Positions 45,718 through 46,189 of a stretch of 46,189 nt of DNA are shown piece after piece (the first letter of the stretch is position 1; each line of letters opens with the position of its first letter). A program made the position numbers and the translations under genes. Below the pieces are notes generated by a model. The model was not told the DNA's origin. It saw nothing but the letters and a program-made list of their open reading frames with translations, and did not search any database. The stretch spans positions 1-46,189 of the forward strand of contig CAYVBW010000003.1 of NCBI GenBank assembly GCA_964449995.1. The letters are read 5' to 3'. Source of the stretch: an uncultured Pseudomonadales bacterium. GTDB taxonomy: Bacteria > Patescibacteriota > Microgenomatia > UBA1400 > PJMF01.

Positions 45718-45960
45718 TTATGGTTTTGACCAATCTTTACTAAATGTCTTTCTGGCTTGCCTCAGCTCTTTGTCGGTCAAGCTTATGTCGCTTTTTAAAC
45801 TGCCTGCCAAATCATCAAACGACAACTGCGGCTTAATAATAATCGAGTTATCTTTCTTTTTAATAACAGCTTTAACCGCACCAGTAATACCAAAAGCCTG
45901 GCGTATTTCTTGAGGAATAGTAATTTGTCCTTGACTGGTGATTGACACAACTTTTTGCAT
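45718..45960 (-). CDS. AbrB/MazE/SpoVT-family antitoxin
   Basis: SITSQGQITIPQEIRQAFGI...IIIKP...LAGSL. Start taken at MQKVV (the track gives 45981). Confidence 0.92.
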   Translation of the reverse strand: MQKVVSITSQGQITIPQEIRQAFGITGAVKAVIKKKDNSIIIKPQLSFDDLAGSLKSDISLTDKELRQARKTFSKDWSKP

Positions 45961-46107
45961 AATAAAGTTATTAACTGACAATTAGCTGAATGCTTGCTAG
46001 TTATTTCTCTTATTTGTTTAATAAGTCACTACCAACAATAAATTTCAAACTACAATAATGATAACAAAAAAAATAATGAAGTCTAGAATTACATTATAAT
46101 TAACTCA

Positions 46108-46189
46108 AAATAAATTCGCAAATTAATACAGTAATAGATATGAGCTCATTTCTGAGGGGTTTCACCCCTCAGCGTTTTGTCTTGCTTTG
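46108..46189. repeat. Second intergenic repeat family, copy B (runs to the window end)
   Basis: AAATAAATTCGCAAATTA...ATATGAGCTCATTTCT...GGTTTCACCCC...GCGTTTTGTCTTG is shared with 6152-6230; hairpin CTGAGGGG-TTTCA-CCCCTCAG. Confidence 0.8.

Overview
AT-rich bacterial chromosome segment whose gene content suggests a Patescibacteria/CPR organism of Microgenomates type (inference). It holds: nusG(partial)-rplK-rplA, thrS, an L10 leader with rplJ-rplL, a BldC-like HTH gene, WecB/TagA, murL-murD2, a degenerate MreB paralog, a PEGA protein, tRNA-Pro(CGG), a small LysM gene, tRNA-Arg(CCT), ndk, an M16 peptidase, comEA with a split comEC, leuS, a six-gene secreted/membrane cluster resembling WxL/DUF916 loci, a PaaX-like regulator, a 3320-aa giant protein and an AbrB-VapC-Phd cluster. 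The main signals are four. (1) The giant protein fuses a tyrosine-recombinase core-binding (SAM-like) domain through one TM helix to a mosaic tail-fibre-like ectodomain. (2) Thirteen dispersed copies of an intergenic element, (TGGTATT)n plus a conserved core, mostly abut or supply TAG stop codons. (3) One copy of that element is duplicated together with a signal peptide onto two unrelated genes. (4) A second repeated, palindrome-rich intergenic element is present. All domain calls come from motif recognition by eye; no searches were run.
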